Notes: a model not told the origin generated them from the sequence alone. Shown: positions 10,352-20,957, counted from the stretch's first letter. The stretch: DNA of 64,000 nt from an uncultured Oscillospiraceae bacterium (GCA_964418245.1 CAYQKW010000004.1:22-64021); one strand, 5' to 3'. Numbers and translations: made by a program.

Positions 10352-12112
10352 TTAATCAGTCATCTTGAGTATTGAATTTCTTATTTCTTCCGAAATTGTG
10401 GATACGGGATAAGTAATAATAATCAAATCGTCGAATTGTGTTTGTTCGTAAAACTTCTTCAAATCAAAACGTGTGTCTTTGCCGCCGAACCCGTTAAATT
10501 CACGTGGGTCAATCGCATATATCGTTTCGTAATTGTTGACTGACCACGTTGTGAACGCATTTCCGTAGGATTCTTTTATTATCACAAGTGTTTTCCCGTT
10601 TTTCACATCTGTTTCTATCTTCGTTACGGGGTGGTCGCCGCCGATGAAAGATGTGTAGCTGTGATATGCCGAAACAACTTCGCCGGTTCCGGTTTTGTTT
10701 TTCATTTCACCGTCGGAGTAAAAGGTGCATTTTGCATTGACCGACGGATAAAACTTTTCAAATTCATCGGTGTTTGCGGAAAGAATCGTCTCGCCGGGCG
10801 TTCCTGCCGCAAATGCCGCAAAAGACCCCAAATATCCGTATATTTTCTCTGTTTCAAATTCATCGAGCGGAGGGATATACATTCCTTTTTGGTTTGCAAA
10901 TTCGCGATATGCATAATATGCTCCGCGCTGTGTCCAGTGGTGGTCGGTTTTAAAAAATATATGTTCGTCCGCTTTTTCGCAGAGTGCCGCATATGCATTA
11001 ATCGGAGTAACTTTTTTATTCAGTGCTTTATATGCCGCACGAATACCTTTAATCTGCGATACTTTCATGCTTTCGGGAGAATAAAACTCACCGGCGGACG
11101 GAATTATTATGCTGTATACGTTTGTATTTTCGAGAGCGTCGGCGGTTTTGTTTATCATTTCGGCATATTTTTCTGCCGATTTTTCTGATATACCGAGCAG
11201 TTCCATACCAATGCCGTCGGCAATCGTTACGCCGTTATATGTTCCGAAATATTCGGTTTTTCTGTATTTGTCCGACTGTTGTGTGTTTTCAAGGCAATCA
11301 CGTTTATTGAACGAGCTTTCTCTTATATCTCCGTCAATTTCGGTGTCTATGCCCGTTATAAATTCAAATGCATCTGCACTTACAAACAAACGATTGTGAT
11401 AAAAAACAGCCGCGTATTCCGTTTTTTTGCCGCCGGATATGATTTGCTCCGCGGATATTTCGGATTTAACCCCAAATCGTTCGGCGGTAAGAAGTCCGTT
11501 TTCTTCGGATATGCTATATCCGCATCGTTCAAGAACAGAGGCGGCGGAAAGCAAAATTTCACCATTGATTTTTACCGGAACATCATCGATTTTTTTTGTT
11601 ATGCCGTTCAAAACAAATTCGTTTTTGTCGGCATAAAAAAACGCCGTATCGCTTATGTTTTTTTGCACAGTTTCTTTTATCCTGAAAGTTTTGCCCGTGA
11701 TTTTTTTGAACATGGCAACATTGAGGTAAATATGGTCTTCGTGCATTTTTGCCGGCTGATTAAATGAAAATGCTTTTCCTTGGCGGTTCAATATATTGCT
11801 TTCTGCCGAAATACTGCACACTTTGCTGTTTTTCTTCGCGTATAAAGTTTCTGTATCATTATCCCAATCAATGGCAAACCCAAACAGCGGCAGTACCTCG
11901 CCGGCAGAAATATATGTATTTTTGTTATATATAAAAACTTCGTTTTGCAATTTGTGCATTTGACCGTTTGCTTTTAATTCTCTTGTTTGAGGATATATAT
12001 TTACGATGCGGCAACGCAACGCAAAAAAAATGCAGACCGCGGCAAGTAAACATAAACCTGCCGCCGCATAAACGGTTTTCTTTTTCAAAACTACGGTATT
12101 CAATGACAGCAC
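10352..12112 (-). CDS. DHHW-family protein with N-terminal copper-amine-oxidase-like/stalk domain
   Basis: 586 aa. N-terminal TM, about 300-aa N-terminal domain, then C-terminal DHHW module (FFKTDHHWTQRGAYYAY). Confidence 0.65.
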   Translation of the reverse strand: MLSLNTVVLKKKTVYAAAGLCLLAAVCIFFALRCRIVNIYPQTRELKANGQMHKLQNEVFIYNKNTYISAGEVLPLFGFAIDWDNDTETLYAKKNSKVCSISAESNILNRQGKAFSFNQPAKMHEDHIYLNVAMFKKITGKTFRIKETVQKNISDTAFFYADKNEFVLNGITKKIDDVPVKINGEILLSAASVLERCGYSISEENGLLTAERFGVKSEISAEQIISGGKKTEYAAVFYHNRLFVSADAFEFITGIDTEIDGDIRESSFNKRDCLENTQQSDKYRKTEYFGTYNGVTIADGIGMELLGISEKSAEKYAEMINKTADALENTNVYSIIIPSAGEFYSPESMKVSQIKGIRAAYKALNKKVTPINAYAALCEKADEHIFFKTDHHWTQRGAYYAYREFANQKGMYIPPLDEFETEKIYGYLGSFAAFAAGTPGETILSANTDEFEKFYPSVNAKCTFYSDGEMKNKTGTGEVVSAYHSYTSFIGGDHPVTKIETDVKNGKTLVIIKESYGNAFTTWSVNNYETIYAIDPREFNGFGGKDTRFDLKKFYEQTQFDDLIIITYPVSTISEEIRNSILKMTD

Positions 12113-12407
12113 CCCTCCGTTATTATCCCATAATAATTATACTATAAACTTGCGTCATTGTCAACATAAAATAAGATAAATTTCCGCTAAAAATATCTTT
12201 CATTAAAAGAAAATTTTGCCGAGATTTTCGGCAGACAAGGTGAAAAGAGGAAAAAAAGTAAAAATAACAATTCTATTGTATAAAAAAGACAGTTCATGCT
12301 TAAAATCGAAAATGCCCGATGATTTATTTTATTCACCCGGCTATTGAAAAAGAACCGGTACATACGACGCAAACCCACCTGAAAACGGCGGGCTTGTCGA
12401 TAGTATT

Positions 12408-12433
12408 AATCCCGTCTTTTTTGAGACGGGATT
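12408..12433. terminator. bidirectional intrinsic terminator hairpin
   Basis: aatcccgtct-tttttg-agacgggatt (10-bp stem), followed by gtttttggttt on plus and preceded by an A/T tract. Lies 15 nt downstream of the zinc-ribbon gene stop. Confidence 0.5.
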
Positions 12434-12447
12434 GTTTTTGGTTTCAG

Positions 12448-12729
12448 TTATATTTCTTCATCTTTATGCTTTGCATAACATTCGCTGCAATAAACAGGTT
12501 TGCTGTTTTTGGGCTCAAAAGGAACCTGCGCTTCGGCACCACAATCTGCACAATTTATTGTGTACATCTGTCTTTCTCCCCTGATACTGTTTTTGCGAGC
12601 AATTCTGCATTCTTTACATCTTAAAGGCTCATTCTGAAATCCTTTCTCGGCATAAAATTCCTGTTCGCCGGCTGTGAAAATAAATTCATTGCCGCAATCC
12701 TTACAAATTAATGTTTTGTCTTCGTACAT
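12448..12729 (-). CDS. zinc-ribbon domain protein
   Basis: 93 aa with two CxxC...CxxC modules (CKDCGNEF...CKECR; CADCGAE...CSEC). Confidence 0.6.
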   Translation of the reverse strand: MYEDKTLICKDCGNEFIFTAGEQEFYAEKGFQNEPLRCKECRIARKNSIRGERQMYTINCADCGAEAQVPFEPKNSKPVYCSECYAKHKDEEI

Positions 12730-12898
12730 ATTTTCCCCTCACTTTTGTTTTTTATCCTGCCATAAAATTTCCTCAGGCATTTGTGCATTGTGCGTTGCGG
12801 TAAATTTTAAATTTAGGACCTTTTTATTTTTTATAAAGGCACAAAGCCTGTATAACACCTTTGGACACAATCAAGCCGAAGCCGATGTGATTAAAATA

Positions 12899-13525
12899 TT
12901 AATCAAGTATATCTTTGCTGTTTTCAAATTTATGTTTAATTCGTTGCAAAGCATTATCAATTGATTTTATAGGACAATCAAGTTTTTCGGCAATCTCGCC
13001 GTAACTTAAGCCATCCATATAATGCTCTAAAACTTTTTTTTCAAATTTGCTTAATATTTTAAGGATTTTTTCGTCAATATTCTTGTAGCTTTCGGCGATA
13101 ATCAAGCATTCTTCGGGATTTGACCCATAGTCGCATTCAAGCGTATCTATAAGCATTCTGTTGTCGTCGTCTCCGCCTTCTGTGTTATAAAGAGAAACAT
13201 ATGAATTGAGCGGAAGATGTTTTTGACGTGTTGCCGTTTTTATTGCCGTAATGATTTGACGTGTTATGCATAATTCGGCAAAAGCTTTAAAACCTGACTG
13301 TTTATCCGGATTGTAATCTCTTATGGCTTTAACCAGCCCAATCATACCCTCCTGAATAATATCTTCTTTGTCGGCACCGCGAAGAAAATATGTTCTTGCA
13401 CGTGCATTTATACCGACTCTGAATCTGGATGCCAAAACCTCAAAGGCTTTGCTGTCGCCTTTTTTGGCCTCATCCGCAAGGGCTTCATCCGAAACAGCAT
13501 CCAGTTCAGGTATATTTTTTAGCAT
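12899..13525 (-). CDS. sigH: RNA polymerase sporulation sigma factor SigH
   Basis: 208-aa sigma-70 family protein. Region 2/4 motifs (DIIQEGMIGLVKAIRDYNP...; C-terminal HTH) as in Firmicute SigH. Confidence 0.7.
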   Translation of the reverse strand: MLKNIPELDAVSDEALADEAKKGDSKAFEVLASRFRVGINARARTYFLRGADKEDIIQEGMIGLVKAIRDYNPDKQSGFKAFAELCITRQIITAIKTATRQKHLPLNSYVSLYNTEGGDDDNRMLIDTLECDYGSNPEECLIIAESYKNIDEKILKILSKFEKKVLEHYMDGLSYGEIAEKLDCPIKSIDNALQRIKHKFENSKDILD

Positions 13526-13662
13526 TATACCACTCCTCTGCTGTTATATATATTGTACACTAATAATAATTAACTGTCAATACTTTTAAGTATTTTTCTG
13601 CATTTTCACAAAGACAAAAGAATAAAATTTGTATAAAATGCACAACAAATCCAATAAATGTA

Positions 13663-14109
13663 TCATTTGTTGTCGGAGTCAAGAAAAATCGTCACGGGGC
13701 CGTCGTTCAGCAGTTCAACCTGCATATCCGCACCAAAGCTCCCATGTTCGGCACAGCCTGTTTTTTCTTTGCACAGCGAAAGAAAATATTCATACATTTC
13801 GTTGGCGAAATTCGGTTCTGCCGCTTCGGAAAAACCGGGGCGTGTTCCTTTGCGGCAATCCGCATAGAGCGTGAACTGCGACACGGTGAGTATTCTTCCG
13901 CCGACCTGCGATATATTTAAATTCATTTTGCCGTTCTCATCTTCAAAAAGCCGAAGTTTTAAAATTTTGTCAAGCATTTTTTCAGCAATTTCTTTTGTAT
14001 CGCTCGGACCTATACCGAGAAACAGCAGGTAACCTTTTTCAATTTTGCCCGTGACACTACCGTCAACGGAAACCGTGGCATGTTTAACTCTTTGAAGTAC
14101 TATTCTCAT
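13663..14109 (-). CDS. dtd: D-aminoacyl-tRNA deacylase
   Basis: 148 aa. MRIVLQRVKHATVSV...SQFTLYAD... matches the classic Dtd signature. Confidence 0.85.
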   Translation of the reverse strand: MRIVLQRVKHATVSVDGSVTGKIEKGYLLFLGIGPSDTKEIAEKMLDKILKLRLFEDENGKMNLNISQVGGRILTVSQFTLYADCRKGTRPGFSEAAEPNFANEMYEYFLSLCKEKTGCAEHGSFGADMQVELLNDGPVTIFLDSDNK

Positions 14110-15400
14110 TTTTTACAACCTTAACTTTATTTATTTTTTTGTCATCCGCATCGATAATTTCAAAAACGGTATTTTCAAATATTGCTTTTTCCCCCGGTTC
14201 GGGGATTTTATCCATAAGATTTATAATGAATCCGCCAACGGTATCCGTGCCGGAATCTTCTTCGTTTTCTTCCGATAATTCAATATCGGCAAGTTCGCAA
14301 ACGGTGCTCATGGATTCTGCCCCGTCGATATAGAAAGTATTTTCGTCAACAACCTCTGTGCCGGCTTCTTCATCATCATATTCATCCTGAATGTTTCCGA
14401 GAATGAATTCGATTAAATCCTCCATTGTGACAATACCTGCCGTGCCGCCGTATTCATCCACAACGACCGCCATGTGTGATTTGCTTTTCTGCATATCGGA
14501 AAAAAGCTCGTTTGCAAGCTTTGCCTGCGGCACAAAATACGGTTTAATCATAAATTGATTTATATCAAATTCGGACGAAACGTCTTTCACATAGGCAAGA
14601 AGCGATTTTATGTGCAATATTCCTTTTATATTGTCAAGACTTTCTTCATATACGGGTATTCTTGTGTAACCCTCTTCAGACACAACTTCAAGTATTTCTT
14701 CATATGATGAATCATGCGGAATTGCGACCACATCAGTACGGTGCGTCATAATTCTGCTGACAGTTATGTCATTAAATTCAAATACATTGTTTATCATAAC
14801 TTTTTCGGTTTCGGGAATTGCACCTGTTTCTTCGCCCTCTTCAACCATTTGACGTATTTCTTCTTCGGTTACGCTGCCGTCGCCGGCTTTTGGGTCTATA
14901 CCGAATAATCGTAGCAGAATATTTGTTACGTGAGTAACCAAAAAACAAAACGGATTAAGAAACCACATAACGGCATATATCGGTTTTATGAGGACAGCAA
15001 CGGTTTTTTCGGGATTTTTGTACGCAAGCCTTTTCGGAAGCTGAAAAGCCGCAACGGGACCCAGTAACGCGGCAACGGCATATCCGATAAACACCCATGC
15101 TATGTTTTTGTTATATAAAAAGATGCTGAAAACGGCTATGCTTATCACAAAAAACAATTGCGAAATCTGGCGTGCTTTTTCCGGTACAAGTGCGTCGCGT
15201 TCCAAAAGCCTGAAAGCAAAATCCGCTCCGCCGGTATCCTCGTCCGCCATTTTTTTCAGCTGTTTTTCGCCGCAGATTCCCCCGGCATAAGCAACAGCAT
15301 AAAACAAGCCGGAAACAATGAGTAACAAAATAAATAAAATAATCACATATGCCGGAGATATGGTAAAACCGCTCACCGGCACGGTACTGTCAGATAACAT
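14084..15400 (-). CDS. HlyC/CorC (CNNM) family transporter-associated protein (DUF21 + CBS pair + CorC_HlyC)
   Basis: 438 aa. N-terminal TM DUF21 region, CBS pair and C-terminal transporter-associated domain. Confidence 0.75.
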   Translation of the reverse strand: MLSDSTVPVSGFTISPAYVIILFILLLIVSGLFYAVAYAGGICGEKQLKKMADEDTGGADFAFRLLERDALVPEKARQISQLFFVISIAVFSIFLYNKNIAWVFIGYAVAALLGPVAAFQLPKRLAYKNPEKTVAVLIKPIYAVMWFLNPFCFLVTHVTNILLRLFGIDPKAGDGSVTEEEIRQMVEEGEETGAIPETEKVMINNVFEFNDITVSRIMTHRTDVVAIPHDSSYEEILEVVSEEGYTRIPVYEESLDNIKGILHIKSLLAYVKDVSSEFDINQFMIKPYFVPQAKLANELFSDMQKSKSHMAVVVDEYGGTAGIVTMEDLIEFILGNIQDEYDDEEAGTEVVDENTFYIDGAESMSTVCELADIELSEENEEDSGTDTVGGFIINLMDKIPEPGEKAIFENTVFEIIDADDKKINKVKVVKNENSTSKS

Positions 15401-15421
15401 TTCTTTCTCCTTTCGGGATTT

Positions 15422-16168
15422 TCATCCTCTGTCCAAATCTTTGAATAATACTCTTGCGGATAAATGAATATACGGCATAATCCATATCAATCCGATACCG
15501 AGAGTCGGTATGCCGAGAAAAATCCACAATATAAACGACAAATAAAATCTTATGATTCTTCCGCGGTTTTTTGATGATATTCTCAGCGTTTTTCCTATAG
15601 CCATTCCAACGGTCACATTACCGTAGGTTTCAAGAACATATGTAAGCGGTGCGTATGCCGCCAAAGTATATATAATTGCGGCAAGTTCAAGCAGAACGAC
15701 AGCCGCCGCGGCAAGTATTCCGGCGTTCGGAACAAATCTGTATGCCGCAAATGTCAAAACATTCCCCAAAATGCTTTCGGTTATGATGATTCCAAACGGC
15801 ACAGCCGCGGCCGCACCCCTTACGCCCATATTTTTATAGGCACAGAAAATTTTATCCGTTACGGGGTTTTTTTCGTTTATTCTTGCGGCAAAATACATTC
15901 CGTTTCCAACGGCAATCGGCAAATATACAAAAACCACAGCCGCAAGATATAATAACCCGAATATTCCGGAAAAAACACCGTTGTAATTATCGCCCATGTT
16001 TTGTATACACAAAAATTGTGCGGTAAATATGACAAGCAGGGGAGTGCATTTTATTATAAATGCCGCAAATTCCGTTTTCGCACATTGCCCTATATTGCCT
16101 TTATATGTTTTTTTTGCTTGTTGTTTGATTTCTTTAAAAGACATAAACATCAGCCTTTCTGCCCACAA
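15422..16168 (-). CDS. DUF975-family membrane protein
   Basis: 248-aa multi-TM protein with DUF975-like topology. Confidence 0.5.
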   Translation of the reverse strand: MWAERLMFMSFKEIKQQAKKTYKGNIGQCAKTEFAAFIIKCTPLLVIFTAQFLCIQNMGDNYNGVFSGIFGLLYLAAVVFVYLPIAVGNGMYFAARINEKNPVTDKIFCAYKNMGVRGAAAAVPFGIIITESILGNVLTFAAYRFVPNAGILAAAAVVLLELAAIIYTLAAYAPLTYVLETYGNVTVGMAIGKTLRISSKNRGRIIRFYLSFILWIFLGIPTLGIGLIWIMPYIHLSARVLFKDLDRG

Positions 16169-16219
16169 ATATTAAAAATTTCGGTCTGATGTGCCTGTGG
16201 GCAAGCGTTTTTTTCAATT

Positions 16220-16248
16220 CCGCATTTTCGGGCGGAAAGTATCCGCCC
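16220..16248 (-). repeat. recurrent 3'-end hairpin motif (copy A)
   Basis: ccgcattttc-gggcgga-aagta-tccgccc, downstream of rnj. The same core recurs at 20958-20986, 59503-59525 and, degenerately, 27483-27521, always in sense orientation relative to the upstream gene. Confidence 0.5.
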
Positions 16249-16303
16249 ATGCCGACCGCTGACCGCAAAACCTCGTGCAGACATAATTATGCATTGACGT
16301 GGG

Positions 16304-17971
16304 TTACACCTCAATTATAACCGGCAAAATCATTGGGTTGCGTTTTGTTTTGTTATACAAAAATGCGGTAAGGTCGTTTTTAACCTGCATTTTAAAGGTA
16401 GACCAGTCGGTCACGCCGTTCTGTGCACAGCTGCTTACCGAGCCTTTGACAATGTCGCGGATATTCCCCATAAGGTCTTCGGATTCACGCACATATACAA
16501 AACCGCGTGAAATAATATCCGGGTCGGAAACGGCATTTTTTGTTTCGCTCGAAATGGTGATTATAACAACAATCAAACCGTCTTGCGCAAGGTGTTTTCT
16601 GTCTCTCAAAACAATGTTGCCGACATCGCCGACACCAAGACCGTCAACAAGCACACGTCCCGACGGAACGGGCGAGATGAGCCTTGCGTTTTTCTTGTCA
16701 AGTTCAAGCATTTGACCTATATTCATTATAAAAATGTTCTTCTTTGGTATTCCCACTTTTTCCGCAAGCCGTGCATGAGTTTCAAGATGCCTGTATTCCC
16801 CGTGCATGGGAATAAAGAATTTCGGATTTGTCACAGCAAGCATTATTTTGAGTTCTTCCTGACAGGCATGACCGGATACGTGTACTTCGTCAAGAGCCTC
16901 GTAAATTACCTCCGCACCGTGTTTGAACAGTTCATCAATAACGGCGGCAACGGGTTTTTCGTTGCCCGGAATGGGATTTGCGCTGATAATTACCAAATCG
17001 TTGTTGGTGATTTCAACTTTTTTATGTCCGGCAAATGCCATTCTTGTGAGTGCACTCATGGGTTCTCCTTGGCTTCCCGTTGTGCAAAGCACCACCTGGC
17101 TGGGTTTGTATTTATTTATATCGTCAAGCGGTATAAGCGTACCTTCGGGAATATCCATATATCCGAGTGTCATTGCAACATCTACAATGTTTTCCATGCT
17201 TCTGCCGGACACGGCAACTTTTCTTCCGTATTTGACGGCAGAATTTATTACCTGCTGAACTCTGTGAATGTTCGAGGCGAACGTTGCAACAATAATCCTT
17301 TGTCTTGTATGATTTGCAAATATACCGTCGAAAGTTTCGCCGACTGTTGATTCTGACATTGTATATCCTTTTCGTTCAACGTTTGTGCTGTCCGAAAGCA
17401 ACGCCAAAACACCCTCTCTTCCAAGTTCGCCGAGACGTCCGAGGTCAATCATGCTACCGGCTATCGGGGTACAGTCGATTTTAAAATCACCCGTATGAAT
17501 TATAACACCTTCGGGTGTGTGTATGGCAAGTGCCACGGCATCGGCTATGCTGTGATTTGAACGTATAAATTCAACACTGAAATTCCCAAGTTTAACAATA
17601 TCGGAACATTTAACGCACATAAGGGTTACTTTTGAAAGCAATCCGTGTTCTTTGAGTTTTGTTTCGACAAGCCCCAGAGTGAGCCGTGTTCCGTACACGG
17701 GAACGTTCAATTCTTTCAATACATAAGGCAAAGCCCCGATATGGTCTTCGTGACCGTGTGTCAATATTATAGCTCGCACCTTGTCTTTGTTTTTCTTTAA
17801 ATATGTTATGTCCGGAATAACCATATCCACTCCGGGCAATTCATCATCCGGAAATGCCATCCCGGAATCTATAACAATAATGTCGCGTCCGCATTCGTAC
17901 ACGTACATATTTTTACCAATTTCGCCAAGTCCTCCTAACGAAACCAATCTTAATTTTGGTTTTCGTGCCAA
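16304..17971 (-). CDS. rnj: ribonuclease J
   Basis: 555 aa. Metallo-beta-lactamase/beta-CASP motif HGHEDHIG. N-terminus MARKPKLRLVSLGGLGEIGKNMY is typical of RNase J. Confidence 0.9.
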   Translation of the reverse strand: MARKPKLRLVSLGGLGEIGKNMYVYECGRDIIVIDSGMAFPDDELPGVDMVIPDITYLKKNKDKVRAIILTHGHEDHIGALPYVLKELNVPVYGTRLTLGLVETKLKEHGLLSKVTLMCVKCSDIVKLGNFSVEFIRSNHSIADAVALAIHTPEGVIIHTGDFKIDCTPIAGSMIDLGRLGELGREGVLALLSDSTNVERKGYTMSESTVGETFDGIFANHTRQRIIVATFASNIHRVQQVINSAVKYGRKVAVSGRSMENIVDVAMTLGYMDIPEGTLIPLDDINKYKPSQVVLCTTGSQGEPMSALTRMAFAGHKKVEITNNDLVIISANPIPGNEKPVAAVIDELFKHGAEVIYEALDEVHVSGHACQEELKIMLAVTNPKFFIPMHGEYRHLETHARLAEKVGIPKKNIFIMNIGQMLELDKKNARLISPVPSGRVLVDGLGVGDVGNIVLRDRKHLAQDGLIVVIITISSETKNAVSDPDIISRGFVYVRESEDLMGNIRDIVKGSVSSCAQNGVTDWSTFKMQVKNDLTAFLYNKTKRNPMILPVIIEV

Positions 17972-18008
17972 AAAAATACACCTCCGTAAAATTTCAAAAA
18001 ATCATATA

Positions 18009-18034
18009 TCGGGGTGGTTTTACCCCGATTTTTC
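18009..18034 (-). terminator. intrinsic terminator hairpin downstream of feoB
   Basis: tcggggt-ggtttt-accccga, flanked by a T-run on plus and gattttttgaaatttt on minus. Confidence 0.5.
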
Positions 18035-18050
18035 AGTTGTTCCGACCTGT

Positions 18051-20048
18051 TTAAAATATCAGTCCGCATATATTGTATACAACATATGCGGCAAACCATG
18101 CGACAGCGGTTTGATAGCACATTGCCGCAACGGCATTTTTTAATCCGCCAATTTCACGTTTTATAACAGAAAATGCGGCTATACACGGCATATACAAAAG
18201 AGTGAACACAAGAAAAGACATCGCACTTGACGGAGTGAATATATCCGCAAGTGCCGCGGTAAGTACTTCGCCGCCCGTTAAAACCGCAAAAGTGCTTATA
18301 ACAGCTTCTTTTGCAGTTATTCCTGTCAAAAGAGCCGCAACCGCGCGCCAGTCGCCGAAACCCAGCGGTTTGAATATCGGAACGGCTGTTTTACCTATCA
18401 ATGCAAGCAAACTTTCCGATGAATTATCCGTCCAGTTAAAACTCGTATCAAAATTTTGCAGTATCCATATCACGATTGACGCAAGAAATATTATGGTAAA
18501 GGCTTTTTGAATAAAATCCTTTGCTTTGTCCCACATATGCAACAGTACACTGCGCATAGACGGCAGTCTGTATGCCGGCAGTTCCATCACAAACGGCACG
18601 GGATTGCCCTTGAATATGCTGTCTTTAAGCAAAAACCCGGAAATAACCGCCATAATCATTCCGAATACATAAAGCGAAATCATCACAAGTGCATGGTGTT
18701 TGCTGAAAAAGGCGGCTGTAAAAACAGAATATACAGGCAGTTTTGCACTGCACGACATAAACGGAATAAGCATTACCGTCATTTTTTTATCGCGCTCTCC
18801 CGAAAGAGTTCTTGTTGCCATCACAGCAGGCACACTGCACCCAAACCCTATAAGCATCGGCACAAACGATTTGCCCGAAAGCCCTATTTTTCTCAGCAGT
18901 TTATCCATAACAAACGCAACACGTGCCATATATCCGCTGTCTTCAAGCATAGATAAAAAGAAGAACAGCACCACTATTGACGGCATGAAAGACAACACAC
19001 TGCCCACACCGGTGATTATTCCGTCCGTAACAAGCGAATGCAACCACGGACTTATGTTTGCCGCCGTCATTGCGGCATCTGCCGCAAACATAACGCCATC
19101 GACGGCGTTTTCGAGAATACCGTTCAAAAAATTGCCTATAACGCCGAACGTAAGCCAAAACACCGTAAACATAATAATTAAAAACAGGGGCAGTGCAAGA
19201 TATTTATGCGTGAGCAGTTTGTCTATTTTTACCGAACGTATGTGTTCTTTTGTTTCGCTGTGTTTTATAACATTTTTTTCACAAACGTGCTGTATAAATG
19301 AATAACGCATATCGGCAAGTGCCGCTTCTCTGTCTGTGGCAAGCGCGGTTTCCATACCGTCTGTAATATGAGCGATTATTTCTTCTTCGAGTGCGTTTAT
19401 CCCAAGAGTGTTTTTCATGGGTTCATCGCCCTCTACAAGCTTTGTTGCCGCAAATCTCACAGGGATTTTTGCTGCCGCGGCTTTGTCTTCTATGAGATGC
19501 GCCGTCGAATGAATTGCTTTATGTACGGGACCGCTGCAAAAATCCGTTTTTGCAGGCAATAATTTTTGCTGTGCGGTTTTAAATGCACGGTCAATCAGTT
19601 CGCCTATTCCTTCGTTCTTACCGGCGGAAATCGGCACAACTGGCACACCGAGTTCTTGTTCTATCCCTTTTATATCTATGTAGTTTCCGCTTGCTCTGAC
19701 TTCGTCCATCATATTAAGCGCAAGAACCATCGGAAGATTAAGTTCTGTAAGCTGCATGGTCAGATAAAGATTACGTTCTATGTTTGTTGCATCAAGAATG
19801 TTTATAATACCGTCCGGGCAGGATTTTAAAAGAAAATCTCTTGTCACAACCTCTTCTTCGGTATAGGGGGATAAGGAATAAATACCCGGCAAATCCACAA
19901 CAATGTTCCCTTTTCGCCCTTTAATTTCGCCGTCTTTGCGCTCCACCGTAACACCAGGGAAATTACCGACATGCTGATTGCTTCCGGTAAGCGCATTGAA
20001 AAGTGTGGTCTTTCCGCAGTTTTGGTTTCCTATAAGTGCGAATATCAC
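18051..20048 (-). CDS. feoB: ferrous iron transporter FeoB
   Basis: 665 aa. N-terminal G-domain (GNQNCGKTTLFNALTG) plus polytopic permease domain. Confidence 0.9.
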   Translation of the reverse strand: MIFALIGNQNCGKTTLFNALTGSNQHVGNFPGVTVERKDGEIKGRKGNIVVDLPGIYSLSPYTEEEVVTRDFLLKSCPDGIINILDATNIERNLYLTMQLTELNLPMVLALNMMDEVRASGNYIDIKGIEQELGVPVVPISAGKNEGIGELIDRAFKTAQQKLLPAKTDFCSGPVHKAIHSTAHLIEDKAAAAKIPVRFAATKLVEGDEPMKNTLGINALEEEIIAHITDGMETALATDREAALADMRYSFIQHVCEKNVIKHSETKEHIRSVKIDKLLTHKYLALPLFLIIMFTVFWLTFGVIGNFLNGILENAVDGVMFAADAAMTAANISPWLHSLVTDGIITGVGSVLSFMPSIVVLFFFLSMLEDSGYMARVAFVMDKLLRKIGLSGKSFVPMLIGFGCSVPAVMATRTLSGERDKKMTVMLIPFMSCSAKLPVYSVFTAAFFSKHHALVMISLYVFGMIMAVISGFLLKDSIFKGNPVPFVMELPAYRLPSMRSVLLHMWDKAKDFIQKAFTIIFLASIVIWILQNFDTSFNWTDNSSESLLALIGKTAVPIFKPLGFGDWRAVAALLTGITAKEAVISTFAVLTGGEVLTAALADIFTPSSAMSFLVFTLLYMPCIAAFSVIKREIGGLKNAVAAMCYQTAVAWFAAYVVYNICGLIF

Positions 20049-20278
20049 TTCTTTTCCACCTCTTCGATTTCAATAATCATGGCATCTTCTTTGCGAATGG
20101 TGAGTTCATATCCGCGCAGAAAAAGCTCTATCGGGTCGCCGAGCGGAGCGACTTTACGCACCATAACCGTTGTTTTTGGGGTAAGCCCCATATCAAGCAT
20201 ACGCCGTCTGAGTGCGCCGCTTCCGTTTACTTTTGTTATAATTCCGGTGTCGCCGGCTTTGAGTTCGTTTAAATACAT
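20045..20278 (-). CDS. feoA: ferrous iron transport protein FeoA
   Basis: 77-aa SH3-like FeoA (LNELKAGDTGIITKV...). Overlaps the feoB start by 4 nt. Confidence 0.85.
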   Translation of the reverse strand: MYLNELKAGDTGIITKVNGSGALRRRMLDMGLTPKTTVMVRKVAPLGDPIELFLRGYELTIRKEDAMIIEIEEVEKK

Positions 20279-20293
20279 AGTTTCACCCCGTAT

Positions 20294-20809
20294 TTAATAA
20301 CTTGCGGCAGAATCCGCACTTTCGGATATACTGCCGTCAAGAAGTATATCCGAAAATTCGGCATCAATAACCTCTGCAAGCACACGCGGCGAAATTTCTA
20401 TCTGATAACCTATCTTACCGGCACTTACGGCAAAACTTTTCAAATTCTCTGCTTGTTTGTCTATAACGGTTACAAATTGCTTTTTCATACCGACGGGACT
20501 GCATCCGCCCCTTATATATCCTGTTATTTTATTAATATCTTTCACATGAATCATTTCAACGCTTTTCTCGCCCACGCTTTTGGCGGCTTTTTTTAAATCA
20601 AGTTCGCCGTCAACACGAATCACAAACACAAAATAGTTGCCGCTTTTGCCTTTTGTTACAAGGGTTTTATACACCCGTTCAAACGGCAGACCGATTTTTT
20701 TTGCAACACTTATCCCGTCAATATTCTCATCAACGGTGTAGGAGTGTGCTTCAAAAGGTATTTTCTTTGCTTGTAAAATACGAACCGCATTGGTTTTAAA
20801 TTCAGCCAT
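20294..20809 (-). CDS. ybaK: Cys-tRNA(Pro)/Cys-tRNA(Cys) deacylase YbaK
   Basis: 171-aa YbaK/EbsC fold (GGCSPVG motif). Confidence 0.8.
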   Translation of the reverse strand: MAEFKTNAVRILQAKKIPFEAHSYTVDENIDGISVAKKIGLPFERVYKTLVTKGKSGNYFVFVIRVDGELDLKKAAKSVGEKSVEMIHVKDINKITGYIRGGCSPVGMKKQFVTVIDKQAENLKSFAVSAGKIGYQIEISPRVLAEVIDAEFSDILLDGSISESADSAASY

Positions 20810-20957
20810 TATTTATTTCGCCTTTCCGTTCGCGGTATGCGCAAATTACGTGTTTGCCGCGAACCGTCAAACACGCCGATATGTACACAACCGGAGCAAA
20901 GCACCAAAACACAATCAAGAATAAATGATGACTTAAAAACACCGTCACATACTTGTG

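Noticed and set aside
12113-12407. About 300-bp AT-rich spacer upstream of the DHHW/MBOAT operon, considered as an sRNA gene ending at the 12408-12433 terminator.
   Set aside because: I can identify no promoter/terminator pair of suitable spacing and no conserved structure. It is more simply the long promoter/5'-UTR region of the minus-strand operon, with the terminator serving the convergent zinc-ribbon gene.
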